Source: an uncultured Acidobacteriota bacterium (lineage in GTDB: Bacteria > Acidobacteriota > Thermoanaerobaculia > Multivoradales > JAHEKO01). Taken from it: DNA of 64,000 bases. How positions within the stretch are numbered: the first letter of the stretch is position 1; each line of letters begins with the position of its first letter. Positions 10,586 to 20,217 of the stretch are shown piece by piece. The notes under the pieces were generated by a model. The model was not told the DNA's origin, searched no databases, and saw only the letters and a list, made by a program, of their open reading frames with translations. The DNA is taken from assembly GCA_963713825.1 (NCBI GenBank), contig CAVQNG010000025.1:864001-928000 (forward strand). Reading direction: 5' to 3'. A program made the translations under genes and the position numbers.

Positions 10586-11641
10586 GTGAGTTCCGTGAGC
10601 AAGACGAATCGCAATCTGACGATCCTTACCTTGGTGTTGATGGCCCTGTCTCTGTGGGCCTACCGGGAGAGCGTCAGTCGAGCCGACCGGTTTCAGCGAG
10701 GGCAGGCGTTTTTGTCGAACCTCAATCCAGATGAGATCGCCCGAGTGGAGATTCGTCAGGCCGGCGCATCGGTGACCTTGGAAAGGCAGGGCGAGACATT
10801 TCGAGTCGTCGAGCAGCAGGGGTATCCGGCGAGCAATGCGGCGGTCAATCGACTGTTGGGAGATCTGCTGGAGATCAGCCTGGAGAAGGAGGTAGGACGC
10901 GGCACTGACCTGTCGTCGGAGCTGGGGCTGGAACCTGTCGAGGACTCCACGGTGGAGGTGTCTTTCCATGACGCCGCCCAGAAGGAGATGGTCCGTGTGC
11001 GGCTTGGTAGGGCGTTCGAAGGTGGCTCGGGGCGCTATGTGCAGAGGCTGGACCGGCCCGATGCCCCCATCTATCTCACGTCAGAGAGAATCGACGTCGC
11101 TGTCGATAGCAACGCTTTCCTCCGCCAGCAGATCCTCGACGTGGAGGGCTCGGAGGTCCTTCGCGTCGAAGGGCCGGACTTCACTCTGGCCAGGCCTGCC
11201 GAGGGCGGCGGGCTGAGCCTGATCGATGCCGCGGCCTCGGCTGAGATAGAGGTCGCCAAGGTCAACGGCCTCGAGTCGATCTTGAGAGGTCTGAGCTTCG
11301 AGAACGTCTTTGTCGCCGACGACGAGACAGTCCGGGATCTGGATTTTCGACCGGGCATGAGCATCGATCTGCAGGACGGCAGTGGCTATGACCTGTCGGT
11401 TGCCGAGCGAGAAGGCCGCTACTACCTGAGAATTGCGGGACGACATTTGGTATCCCAGGTGGCGATTTCCCTCGACGAGGCCGAAGAGGAGCTGCAGGAG
11501 AAAGCCGACATGCTGACCCGGGCTGACGAAATCGAGGACTTCAATCAGTTCCACGGCAGCTGGATCTACGAGGTCAGTCAGGCCGACGGCAAGAACCTTC
11601 TGCTGCGCAAGGCCGACCTTGTGAAGGTGGCAACGACTTGA
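10586..11641 (+). CDS. DUF4340-like membrane-anchored protein
   Basis: N-terminal TM, GYPASNAAVNRLL, ELGLEP; sits in the usual position after GldG homologues. Confidence 0.75.
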   Translation: MSSVSKTNRNLTILTLVLMALSLWAYRESVSRADRFQRGQAFLSNLNPDEIARVEIRQAGASVTLERQGETFRVVEQQGYPASNAAVNRLLGDLLEISLEKEVGRGTDLSSELGLEPVEDSTVEVSFHDAAQKEMVRVRLGRAFEGGSGRYVQRLDRPDAPIYLTSERIDVAVDSNAFLRQQILDVEGSEVLRVEGPDFTLARPAEGGGLSLIDAAASAEIEVAKVNGLESILRGLSFENVFVADDETVRDLDFRPGMSIDLQDGSGYDLSVAEREGRYYLRIAGRHLVSQVAISLDEAEEELQEKADMLTRADEIEDFNQFHGSWIYEVSQADGKNLLLRKADLVKVATT

Positions 11642-12999
11642 AATCTGGGGCGCGAAGAAGGGCTCTGGTGCTGGTGGCGGCGCTCGAGCTCGCAGCGGCG
11701 AGCTCGATGGCGGACGTCGGCGATCTGTTGCGACAGAACTCGATTGTGCCTGTCGAGCCGCCGACCGGAGCGGCCGACTTCACGTTGCCCATGCTCGCTG
11801 GTGGCAGCGGTTCACTGTCCGACTTTCAGGGCCAGTGGGTGGTCCTGACTTTCTGGGCCAGTTGGTGCGGGCCCTGCCGCATGGAGATGCCGACACTCGA
11901 GAAGCTCCACCAGCAACGTAGTGAGTCCGGCCTGGCGGTCATCGGTGTTTCGCTGGATTCGTCTCGGCATCTGGCCGATTCTTTTGCCAGTGAGCTGCAA
12001 GTGAGCTTTCCGCAGTTCTGGGACGAGGCGGGCCGCGTTGGAACCGACTATCGGGCTACCGCCATTCCTCTGACGTATCTCATCGACCCAGGCGGTCGAG
12101 TCGTGGGTACATCGCGCGGGGCGCGAGACTGGTCGGCCCTGGAGCCGATGCTGGACCGCCTTCTCGCGCAGGAGCCGGTGGAGATCGCATCGAGTGGATA
12201 CTCGCAAGACGGACCGCTGGAGCTGCCCGCGGTTCTCGATCCCCCGACCGCCGAGATCTCCCTGGTGCAGAGCTCGCAGCGCGTGGGTGAGGCGTTCCAT
12301 CTGGATATCCGAATGCACTGGGTCGGAACGCTCGAAGAGTATCTACCGCAGCCCCCGAAGGTGAGACTCCCCGAAGGCGTATCGATCGAAAGCACTGTGG
12401 CTTCGACCGATAGCAGAGACAGTGGAAGCGTCGTCTCGTATCGGATCACTCTGAAAGCAGATCGCCCCGGCAATTTCGCACTCGACCCCGTGGAGCTGAG
12501 GTACATCCCGAGCTCGACTGGGAGTCCAGTTGTCAGCCTGGTCGACGGGCCCACGGTCGAGGTCTTGGCTTCGGGTCTGAGCACTTTGAAGCCCCGCTCC
12601 GTAGCCCTTCTTGGAGGAGCGCTGATCCTGCTCGCCGTAGGAGCATTGCTGTACGCGCGACGACCCTCGACTCCTGAGACCGGCACCGATCGGGAGCTCG
12701 AGCGCTATCGGGCTCTGCGGGCCCGATTCGATGCCTGTCGTGCTCTGCGCCTGGAGGGCCGTGGCGGCGAGGTTGCTCTTGGCCTGGCCGAGTTGGAATT
12801 GGAGCTGGCGGGCGAGGACGAGGTCGAGCGAAGCAGGTTGCAGGAGCTCATCGAGAGCTTGCGCTTTGGTGGCCAGGTGCCCCCGAGCTCCGAGTTGGAC
12901 CGAGCCCAACGAAACATCGAACGACAGATCGAGGAATTGCGGCCGGATCCGGACCACCAGGTCCGCTCTCGCCTGCGAATGACGGATAGAACGAGCTGA
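11638..12999 (+). CDS. TlpA/ResA-like thiol-disulfide oxidoreductase fused to a BatD-like beta domain, TM and cytoplasmic helical tail
   Basis: FWASWCGPCRMEMP active site and cis-Pro motif AIPLTYLID, followed by a VGEAFHLDI...YRITLKADRPGNFALDPV beta-sandwich and a TM helix. Confidence 0.82.
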   Translation: MKSGARRRALVLVAALELAAASSMADVGDLLRQNSIVPVEPPTGAADFTLPMLAGGSGSLSDFQGQWVVLTFWASWCGPCRMEMPTLEKLHQQRSESGLAVIGVSLDSSRHLADSFASELQVSFPQFWDEAGRVGTDYRATAIPLTYLIDPGGRVVGTSRGARDWSALEPMLDRLLAQEPVEIASSGYSQDGPLELPAVLDPPTAEISLVQSSQRVGEAFHLDIRMHWVGTLEEYLPQPPKVRLPEGVSIESTVASTDSRDSGSVVSYRITLKADRPGNFALDPVELRYIPSSTGSPVVSLVDGPTVEVLASGLSTLKPRSVALLGGALILLAVGALLYARRPSTPETGTDRELERYRALRARFDACRALRLEGRGGEVALGLAELELELAGEDEVERSRLQELIESLRFGGQVPPSSELDRAQRNIERQIEELRPDPDHQVRSRLRMTDRTS

Positions 13000-13026
13000 T
13001 TCGAAGGATCGGCTGGAGGAATTGCC

Positions 13027-14016
13027 ATGAGTGTTGCGCCCGAAGAGCTGGCACCCGAAATCGAAGCCCAGGCCCAGCAGCTCGACAAGCTGCGAGAGGA
13101 GATCGCCAAGGTCATCGTCGGTCAGGCCTACATGGTGGATCGACTGTTGATGGCGCTGATCGCCGACGGTCACATTCTGATCGAGGGCATTCCGGGCCTG
13201 GCCAAGACGACGGCCGTCAAGGCGGTTGCAGCTGCCCTGCATACGGGGTTCTCTCGCATCCAATTCACTCCAGATCTGTTGCCAGCCGATCTGATCGGGA
13301 CCGAAATCTACCGGCCTCAGCATCTGGACTTCCAAGTCAAGACCGGCCCCATCTTCAGCAACCTCGTGTTGGCGGACGAGATCAATCGTGCTCCGGCCAA
13401 GGTGCAGAGTGCCCTTCTCGAGGCCATGCAAGAGCGGCAGGTGACCATCGGTGACGAGACTCACGCCCTGCCCGACCCCTTCCTCGTGCTGGCCACCCAG
13501 AATCCGATCGAGCAGGAGGGCACCTACCCGCTGCCCGAAGCGCAAGTGGATCGCTTCATGCTCAAGCTGAAGGTCGGATATCCGAACAAGGAAGAGGAGA
13601 AGGAGATCCTGCGCCGAATGGCGAATCGGCAAAAGCCTACGATCGAACCGGTTCTCGGTCCGGAGGACATCCAGAAGATGCGCCAGGTGGCGGACCAGAT
13701 CTACCTGGATCCGAAGGTCGAGGACTACATCGTGGACGTCGTCTTCGCGACGCGCGAGCCGGCGGTCTACAAGCTCGAGAAGCTGGAGAACCTGATCGAC
13801 TACGGGGCTTCGCCGCGGGCCAGCATCTTTCTGGCGCAGACTGCCAAAGTCCAGGCCTTCATGTCGGGTCGTGCCTATGTGACTCCGCAGGATGTCAAGA
13901 ACGTGGGTCCGGATGTACTGCGGCACCGGATCCTGCTCTCGTACGAAGCCGAGGCCCAGGACCTGACCTCGGACGACGTCGTTCAGGAGGTCTTCAACAC
14001 GGTGGACGTTCCTTAG
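13027..14016 (+). CDS. moxR: MoxR-family AAA+ ATPase
   Basis: EGIPGLAKT, RIQFTPDLLPAD, LADEINRA, ATQNPIEQEGTYPLPEAQVDRF; GGAGG RBS. Confidence 0.97.
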   Translation: MSVAPEELAPEIEAQAQQLDKLREEIAKVIVGQAYMVDRLLMALIADGHILIEGIPGLAKTTAVKAVAAALHTGFSRIQFTPDLLPADLIGTEIYRPQHLDFQVKTGPIFSNLVLADEINRAPAKVQSALLEAMQERQVTIGDETHALPDPFLVLATQNPIEQEGTYPLPEAQVDRFMLKLKVGYPNKEEEKEILRRMANRQKPTIEPVLGPEDIQKMRQVADQIYLDPKVEDYIVDVVFATREPAVYKLEKLENLIDYGASPRASIFLAQTAKVQAFMSGRAYVTPQDVKNVGPDVLRHRILLSYEAEAQDLTSDDVVQEVFNTVDVP

Positions 14017-14098
14017 GGTCACCGCGTTTTGAAGCGGCCGGACCTGTGTGCCGGCCGATCTCTGAGGCAACAACGCGAACCAGGAAACGAAGAGATCG

Positions 14099-15028
14099 AT
14101 GAAGATCGGGACCCGACAGCGGCAGGAAGAGCAGCAGGACCTGGCGGAGGTACTGTCGCCCGAGCTCTTCCAGAAGATCAAGGCGATTCAGATCCGCACA
14201 CAGCGGCTGGTCAACGACGCCTTTGCTGGCGAGTATGAGAGTGCCTTTCGCGGCCGGGGTATGGAGTTCGAGGAGGTGCGTGCCTACCAGCCCGGTGACG
14301 ACATCCGACATATCAACTGGCCTGTCACGGCCCGAATGGGCACGCCATTCGTCAAATTGCACCGGGAAGAACGTGAGCTGACGGTCATGCTGGTCGTGGA
14401 CGTGAGCTCATCGGGAGCCTTCGGCAGCGGCGCCAAGCTCAAGAACGAGGTGGCCGCAGAGATCGCGGCGCTCCTCGCCTATACCGCCATCAAGAGCAAC
14501 GACCGGGTCGGCCTGATCATCTTCTCGGATCGGATCGAGCACTTCATCCCGCCGAAGAAGGGTCGCTCTCATGTCTGGCGGGTGATCCGCGACATCCTGA
14601 CGTTCCGTGCGCCCCGCCGCCGCACCGATCTGCAGGGCGCCCTGGATTACATGAGCAAGGTCCTGCGACGCCGGGTCGTGGCGTTCGTGATCTCGGACTT
14701 CATGGATGAGGGCTACGAGGACATCCTGAGGATCTCCGCCCGTCGGCACGATCTCACCGCCGTTGTGGTCAGAGATCGACGGGAAAAGGAGTTGCCGAGG
14801 ATCGGCATCCTGGAGCTGGAAGACGCCGAGACCGGCGAGACCCTGCTGGTCGATACCAGCGACTCGAACCTGGCCGACGGACTCCGATTGCTCGATCGAG
14901 AAGACGGCGATCAGCGGGCTCGTCTGTTGCGCTCGGCTGGCGCCGGCGAGGTCGGAATTGAAGCCGACGATCCCCACTATGTGGACTCGTTGGTGCGCTA
15001 CTTCCATGTCCGAGAGCGGCGGCGGTAG
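14099..15028 (+). CDS. DUF58 VWA-like MoxR partner
   Basis: FRGRGMEFEEVRAYQPGDDIRHINW, DVSSS MIDAS-like motif, FVISDF. Confidence 0.93.
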   Translation: MKIGTRQRQEEQQDLAEVLSPELFQKIKAIQIRTQRLVNDAFAGEYESAFRGRGMEFEEVRAYQPGDDIRHINWPVTARMGTPFVKLHREERELTVMLVVDVSSSGAFGSGAKLKNEVAAEIAALLAYTAIKSNDRVGLIIFSDRIEHFIPPKKGRSHVWRVIRDILTFRAPRRRTDLQGALDYMSKVLRRRVVAFVISDFMDEGYEDILRISARRHDLTAVVVRDRREKELPRIGILELEDAETGETLLVDTSDSNLADGLRLLDREDGDQRARLLRSAGAGEVGIEADDPHYVDSLVRYFHVRERRR

Positions 15029-15040
15029 TGATGGAGGAAT

Positions 15041-16039
15041 GTGATGGATCTGCGTGAGCCGCCCATATCGGCCCCTGTATCGAGGGTCGATCCTCTCAGC
15101 CGCGGGCTGTTGGTGCTTCTCTTGCTCGTCGTCCTGGTCTTCGGACTGCTCCTGTTGTCGAGATCACGACGCGTCGGTAGCCCGGAAGAGGCCGAGAGCA
15201 TTCGCGAAGTTGCCGCGAAGCTGCAAGCGGCAGGGGCCTTGGACGAAGCAGCTTTGCAGTACGGGCGCTACCTGGAGGCCGGCAACCCAGACCGGGAAGT
15301 TCGGGCCGGCATAGCGATGAGCCTGGGCAACAATTACCTGGGAACGGGTCAGTACGAGAGCGCCTTGAGGTGGTTCTACGAAGCCGAGACGCTGGGAGCC
15401 GGTGAGAGCAACGAGGAGCTGGCCGGCAAGATCGTCCAGACTCTCGAGCGCCTGGGGCGGTCCTTCGCCGCTCAGGCTGCGCTGGCCAGTCGAGCCGGAC
15501 TGGGGGAGAGCGCTGTCGAGCGTCCGACCGACGACCCGGTGGTGGCGCGCATAGGAGCCGACGAGATTCGTCAGTCCGAGGTCGAGCGTGCCCTCGACGA
15601 CCTGCCTGCAGAGTTGGCGAGCCAGATGGCCTCGGCCGAGGCGCGGGCCCGGTTTCTCGAGCAGTATGTGGCCGATGAGCTGCTGTGGCGCAAGGCACTG
15701 AAGCTCGAGTACGACAAGGATCCAGAGGTCCTGCGCCGGCACGATGCGCTTCTCAAGCAGCTGGTGGTGTCCCGGTTTGCCGAGACGGAGGTCCTGAGTC
15801 GGATCGAGGTCGACGAGGCGGATCTTCGCAACTACTTCGACGCCAACCGGGACCGATTCGCTGCGCCGGCCCAGGACGGGCAGGAAGCCCAAGAGCCCTC
15901 GTTCGAGGCAGTGCGATCGGTGGTGGAGCGTGACTATCGACGCATGAAGATGCAGTCGGCCTATCAGGCGCTGATCGATAGCGAGTTGGCGACTCAAGAT
16001 GTCGAGCTGATGCCGGAGAACATGATTCGTGTGCAATAG
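15041..16039 (+). CDS. Membrane-anchored TPR protein with SurA/PrsA-like chaperone N-domain
   Basis: TM, TPR-like helices, then DPVVARIGADEI...LLWRKALKLEYDKDPEV...LRNYFDANRDRF...PSFEAVR; no parvulin core visible. Confidence 0.7.
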   Translation: MMDLREPPISAPVSRVDPLSRGLLVLLLLVVLVFGLLLLSRSRRVGSPEEAESIREVAAKLQAAGALDEAALQYGRYLEAGNPDREVRAGIAMSLGNNYLGTGQYESALRWFYEAETLGAGESNEELAGKIVQTLERLGRSFAAQAALASRAGLGESAVERPTDDPVVARIGADEIRQSEVERALDDLPAELASQMASAEARARFLEQYVADELLWRKALKLEYDKDPEVLRRHDALLKQLVVSRFAETEVLSRIEVDEADLRNYFDANRDRFAAPAQDGQEAQEPSFEAVRSVVERDYRRMKMQSAYQALIDSELATQDVELMPENMIRVQ

Positions 16040-17072
16040 GACCGACAGTAGGGCGAGCTGGTCGAAGGGTCGCGCTGGGCGCAGTGCGCTTCTGGCTGGC
16101 GCCCTTCTCCTGGTCGGGTGCGCGCGCACGCCCGAAGCCCACCCTGATGAGGTGTCGAGAGCGCCTGTCGAAGTCCATGCTGCCGTCGATCGGGCTGTGG
16201 CCACCACCGGTGATCTGATTACTTTTCGGGTGACGGTCGACTACGACCCTGCCTGGGAGGTCCTGATTCCCGAGGCCGGCTCCGAGATCGCTGGGTTCCG
16301 CATTGTGGACATCGGGCGAGACGAGCCGCTGCAGAGCCGGGGCCGAGTCGCCGATACCAGGACGTATCAGTTGAGAGCGGATCTGGTGGGCTCTTATGTT
16401 CTGCCGCCGATCTCCGTGTCCTACAGGCCACGTGCATCTGGCGCAACGCAGCCGAAGGAGGGGCGGGACGACGACGAGGAGGCGTGGAGCGAGGCCAGGA
16501 CCTCCGAAATCTTCGTCGAAGTCGAGTCGGTTCTGCCGACGGCAGGCCAGGCCGAGGACATTCGAGATCTCAAGCCGCTGCGAGACGTCCGAAGCCGACC
16601 TCCTTGGATGTGGATCGGTGTGGGAGCCCTGATTGTGATCGCCGTGGCGCTGGCGATCGCCTGGTGGGTACGTCGATGGCGACGTCGTCGGTCGGAGATA
16701 CCGCCAAGGCCGGCGCACGAGATCGCCTTCGCAACGCTGGCCGCCCTTCGGCAGACAGATTTCGACGATCCAGAAGCCGTCCGTTGGTTCTATTTCCAGA
16801 TCTCGGAGACGGTGCGCTCCTACGTTGAAAACCGGTTCGCCTTCAATGCCACCGATCTCACCACGGAAGAGATTCTCGACTGGTTGGACCAGGGAGAGGG
16901 GCCAGGGGAGAGCCAGGGTGGGCAGTTGAGGCAGTTTCTGAAAGAGACCGATCAGGTCAAGTTCGCGCACCAGGAACCCACCCAGGGCGATATCGAAGGC
17001 ACCTACGAACAGGCGTTGAGCTTCGTGGAGGCGACCCGTGAGCCCGATGAGCCGCTGGAGGAAGCGGCATGA
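16029..17072 (+). CDS. BatD-like / DUF4381-like lipoprotein of the Bat operon
   Basis: Lipobox LLVGC, beta domain, IRDLKP motif before a TM helix, and a YFQISETVRSYVE...LTTEE...VKFA C-terminus. Confidence 0.78.
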   Translation: MCNRTDSRASWSKGRAGRSALLAGALLLVGCARTPEAHPDEVSRAPVEVHAAVDRAVATTGDLITFRVTVDYDPAWEVLIPEAGSEIAGFRIVDIGRDEPLQSRGRVADTRTYQLRADLVGSYVLPPISVSYRPRASGATQPKEGRDDDEEAWSEARTSEIFVEVESVLPTAGQAEDIRDLKPLRDVRSRPPWMWIGVGALIVIAVALAIAWWVRRWRRRRSEIPPRPAHEIAFATLAALRQTDFDDPEAVRWFYFQISETVRSYVENRFAFNATDLTTEEILDWLDQGEGPGESQGGQLRQFLKETDQVKFAHQEPTQGDIEGTYEQALSFVEATREPDEPLEEAA

Positions 17073-18103
17073 CCGGGCTGTACTTCGCCGATCAGTGGCT
17101 GCTGTGGGTGTTGGTGCCGTTGTTCATCGTCTGGGTCGTCGCCTGGTGGGTAATGCCCTGGCTGGCTCGCCGGTGGGGCAGGCAAGCCGCTGTGAGGTAC
17201 TCGAGCATCGACACGCTGAAGCGTCTGAAACCCTCGCGACGGATCCTCATCCGACGCTTCGTGGAAGGAATCAGGATTCTCGTCATCGCACTTCTGGTCC
17301 TGGCGATGGCCCGACCCCAGACTGGTCGCAAGCAGACCCAGGTCCGGACCGAGGGCATCGACATCGTCTTGGTGCTCGATACGTCGGGCAGCATGCAGGC
17401 GCTCGATCTCGATGCCGACCGGCCGATCAGCCGCCGGCGCAACCGCTTGGAAGTGGCGAAGGAGGTCGTCGAGGAGTTTGTCCAGGGGCGGACGAACGAC
17501 CAGGTCGGTCTGGTGGTGTTCGGAAACGAAGCCTTCACCCAGTGTCCTCTGACCCTGGACCACGGCATTGTGGCTACCTTTCTGGAAGGGATCGAGATCG
17601 GCATGGCCGGTGACGCAACGGCCATCGGGTCGGCTCTCGGCACCGCCGTGAAGCGATTGAGAGATTCCCAGGCCGACTCGAAAGTGATCATCCTGCTCAC
17701 GGACGGCCGTAGCAACGCGGGGGCCCTGAGTCCCCAGAAGGCGGCGGAAATCGCCGCGACCTTCGGCATCAAGGTGTACACGATCGGCGCCGGGACGCGC
17801 GGCAAAGCGCCATTCGTAGTGGATTCCCTGTTTGGCAAACAGGTCGTCTACGAGAGTGTCGAGATCGACGAAGAGACCTTGCGTGAGATCGCCGAACGCA
17901 CGGCAGGCCTGTACTTCCGCGCCGAGGACACCGACGCGCTGAAGTCGATCTACGAAGAGATCGACGAGATGGAGAAGACGGAGATCCAGACGAGCTCCTA
18001 CATGGAGTACAACGAGCAGTTTCGACGTTTCTTGATACCCGCTCTGGCTCTTCTACTTCTGGAAGTGGTGCTTCTGGGAACCCGCTATCGGAAGCTGCCC
18101 TGA
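17069..18103 (+). CDS. batA: BatA VWA-domain protein
   Basis: N-terminal double TM ending in LAMARPQ, MIDAS DTSGS, TAIGSALG, LLTDG. Confidence 0.92.
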   Translation: MTGLYFADQWLLWVLVPLFIVWVVAWWVMPWLARRWGRQAAVRYSSIDTLKRLKPSRRILIRRFVEGIRILVIALLVLAMARPQTGRKQTQVRTEGIDIVLVLDTSGSMQALDLDADRPISRRRNRLEVAKEVVEEFVQGRTNDQVGLVVFGNEAFTQCPLTLDHGIVATFLEGIEIGMAGDATAIGSALGTAVKRLRDSQADSKVIILLTDGRSNAGALSPQKAAEIAATFGIKVYTIGAGTRGKAPFVVDSLFGKQVVYESVEIDEETLREIAERTAGLYFRAEDTDALKSIYEEIDEMEKTEIQTSSYMEYNEQFRRFLIPALALLLLEVVLLGTRYRKLP

Positions 18104-18107
18104 GACC

Positions 18108-19190
18108 ATGAGAGCTCGAATCCATCTGTTGCTCCTGCCGCTGGTCCTCGCCACCGCGGGCTGCCAGGATGTTCGAGTCGGCAGTCCAAGCTCCTTGTGG
18201 CTTCTGTGGCTCGCTCCACTCATGGTGGCCTTTTATGTCTTCACCTTTCGCTCGAGCACGCTGCTCCTCAGACGCTTCGCGTCGCCCGAGTTGCTGGCTC
18301 GCCTGATGGCTGGAGTCAGCCGCCCACGCCAAGTTCTCAAGGCAATTCTCGTCCTACTGGGTGTCATCGCAACCGTTCTGGCGCTCGCCGAGTTGAAGTA
18401 CGGTTTCACCTGGGAGGAAGTGACTCGGGAAGGCGTCGATATCGTCGTGGCCCTGGACGTCTCCGACAGCATGCTGGTCGAAGATGCAGAGAGTGGCGGT
18501 CAGCTCAGCCGCCTCGAGCGCGCCAAGCGTGAGATCGCCGATCTGCTCGACCTGCTGCAGGGCGACAGAATCGGTTTGGTGGCCTTCGCTGGAACCGCCT
18601 TCCTGGAATGCCCATTGACGCTGGATTACGGCGCCGCGTCGATCTTTCTGGACAGCCTCGATACCGATCTCATACCGGTGAAGGGGACCGACCTGGCAGA
18701 GGCGATTCGCGTCTCGCTGCGGGCTTTCGAGGGGGCCGGCAGCAACTCCCAGGCGATGATCCTGATCACCGACGGTGAAGACCATGGCGGCCAGGCACTG
18801 CAAGCGGCCGAAGAGGCCAAGGTGGCTGGAGTCCGAATCTTCACCATCGGAATCGGCCGCGACGAAGGGGCCCCGATCCCGGCCAGCGGTGGTGGATTTC
18901 GCCGGGACCGACGCGGCGACATCATCCTCAGCCGGCTGGACGAGCCGACCTTGCAGAAGGTCGCTCTGGAAACGGGTGGCCGGTACGTCCGATCGGTGAC
19001 AGGCGACGTTGATCTCGAACAAATCTACTCCCAGGGCATCAAAGCGGTTCTGGAGGACCAGGAGCTCGGATCCAAACGGCGACAGCGGTGGGAAGAGCGC
19101 TTCCAATGGCTGGTGGCGCTGGCGCTTTTCTTCCTGATGCTGGAGCCTCTGATCTCACCACGTCGGCGGCGAGGAGAAGGAAATGTCTAG
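18108..19190 (+). CDS. batB: BatB VWA-domain protein
   Basis: DVSDSM MIDAS, CPLTLDY, GTDLAEAI, ITDGEDH, C-terminal TM. Confidence 0.9.
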   Translation: MRARIHLLLLPLVLATAGCQDVRVGSPSSLWLLWLAPLMVAFYVFTFRSSTLLLRRFASPELLARLMAGVSRPRQVLKAILVLLGVIATVLALAELKYGFTWEEVTREGVDIVVALDVSDSMLVEDAESGGQLSRLERAKREIADLLDLLQGDRIGLVAFAGTAFLECPLTLDYGAASIFLDSLDTDLIPVKGTDLAEAIRVSLRAFEGAGSNSQAMILITDGEDHGGQALQAAEEAKVAGVRIFTIGIGRDEGAPIPASGGGFRRDRRGDIILSRLDEPTLQKVALETGGRYVRSVTGDVDLEQIYSQGIKAVLEDQELGSKRRQRWEERFQWLVALALFFLMLEPLISPRRRRGEGNV

Positions 19191-20217
19191 GCCTGACTGG
19201 TGGCTGTGGTTGGCAGCTGTCTCGGTTGGTTGGACCAGCCTCAATGCCCAGGTACCTCCACCCGAGGAGCTGGCCGCTCGAGAGGAGGTCGCCGAGGCGC
19301 AAAAATCACAGGAAGGGAAGCGTCGCCGTCCTGACAGCCCGTACGAGGCCTACGATGCGGGGCTCTTCGACGAGGCTCTCCAGGGCTTCGTCGACTTGCA
19401 GGTGGAACGCCCCGAGGACCCGGAGGTCGCTCTCAACGTCGGCAGCACCCAATACCAGATGCGGAACTTTCCGCAAGCCGATCGGACTTTTTCGAAGGCG
19501 GCGATGGCTCAGGATCCGAGCGTCCGAGGACAGGCGCTCTACAACCTTGGAAATTCGGCCTATCGACAGGGTCGGCTGCAGGAGGCCGTCGAGCTCTACA
19601 AGGCTGCGCTCGAGATCGACCCTGACGACGAAGACGCCAAGTTCAATCTCGAGTTCGTCCGTGACGAGATTCGTCGGCGACATGAAGAGGCCCAGAAGCG
19701 ACAGCAGGAACAGCAGGACCAAGAGCAGGATCAACAGCAGCAGAACGAGTCGCAGGACCAGAGTCAGGAGTCGGATCAGCAAGAGCAGGGTGGTCAGCCC
19801 GAAGGCGAAGATGAGCAACAAGGAGAGCAGGAAGGCCAGCAATCGCAGCCTGAGGGAACCCAGGATAGCGATCAGGATGGCCTCTCCGACGCACAGGAGC
19901 AGAGTGCCGAGAACCCGACGGATCCGAGCGATGCCGACAGTGACGACGATGGCCTGGCGGACGGGGCGGAAGATTTGAATCGCAACGGGCGAGTGGATCC
20001 AGAAGAGACCGATCCCAATCAAGCGGATACCGATGGCGACGGTGTTCCCGACAGCCAGGAAGCCCAAGCTGGCGGCGCTGCCTCCGTCGATCCAGAGTCC
20101 CTCGAAGGACTGACTCCCGAGGAAGCGGAACGCTACCTCCAGGCCCTCCAGGAAGGCCGTCCGGATCGACAGCATGCCGGGCGAGGCAGGCGGGTGAAAG
20201 GAGACAAGGACTGGTGA
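19183..20217 (+). CDS. batC: BatC TPR protein with Gln-rich linker and inserted Ca-binding TSP3-like repeats
   Basis: TPRs (ALYNLGNSAY...DAKFNLE), a Q/E-rich tract, DSDQDG/DSDDDG/DTDGDG repeats, and the typical C-terminal KDW. Confidence 0.85.
   Translation: MSRPDWWLWLAAVSVGWTSLNAQVPPPEELAAREEVAEAQKSQEGKRRRPDSPYEAYDAGLFDEALQGFVDLQVERPEDPEVALNVGSTQYQMRNFPQADRTFSKAAMAQDPSVRGQALYNLGNSAYRQGRLQEAVELYKAALEIDPDDEDAKFNLEFVRDEIRRRHEEAQKRQQEQQDQEQDQQQQNESQDQSQESDQQEQGGQPEGEDEQQGEQEGQQSQPEGTQDSDQDGLSDAQEQSAENPTDPSDADSDDDGLADGAEDLNRNGRVDPEETDPNQADTDGDGVPDSQEAQAGGAASVDPESLEGLTPEEAERYLQALQEGRPDRQHAGRGRRVKGDKDW

Noticed and set aside
12343-14181. 612 aa minus-strand ORF
   Set aside because: Antisense shadow of moxR and its neighbours, typical of high-GC codon bias; no motifs.
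19690-19860. CAG/GAG-rich repetitive DNA
   Set aside because: It encodes the ordinary Gln/Glu-rich BatC linker and is not a regular tandem array or CRISPR.
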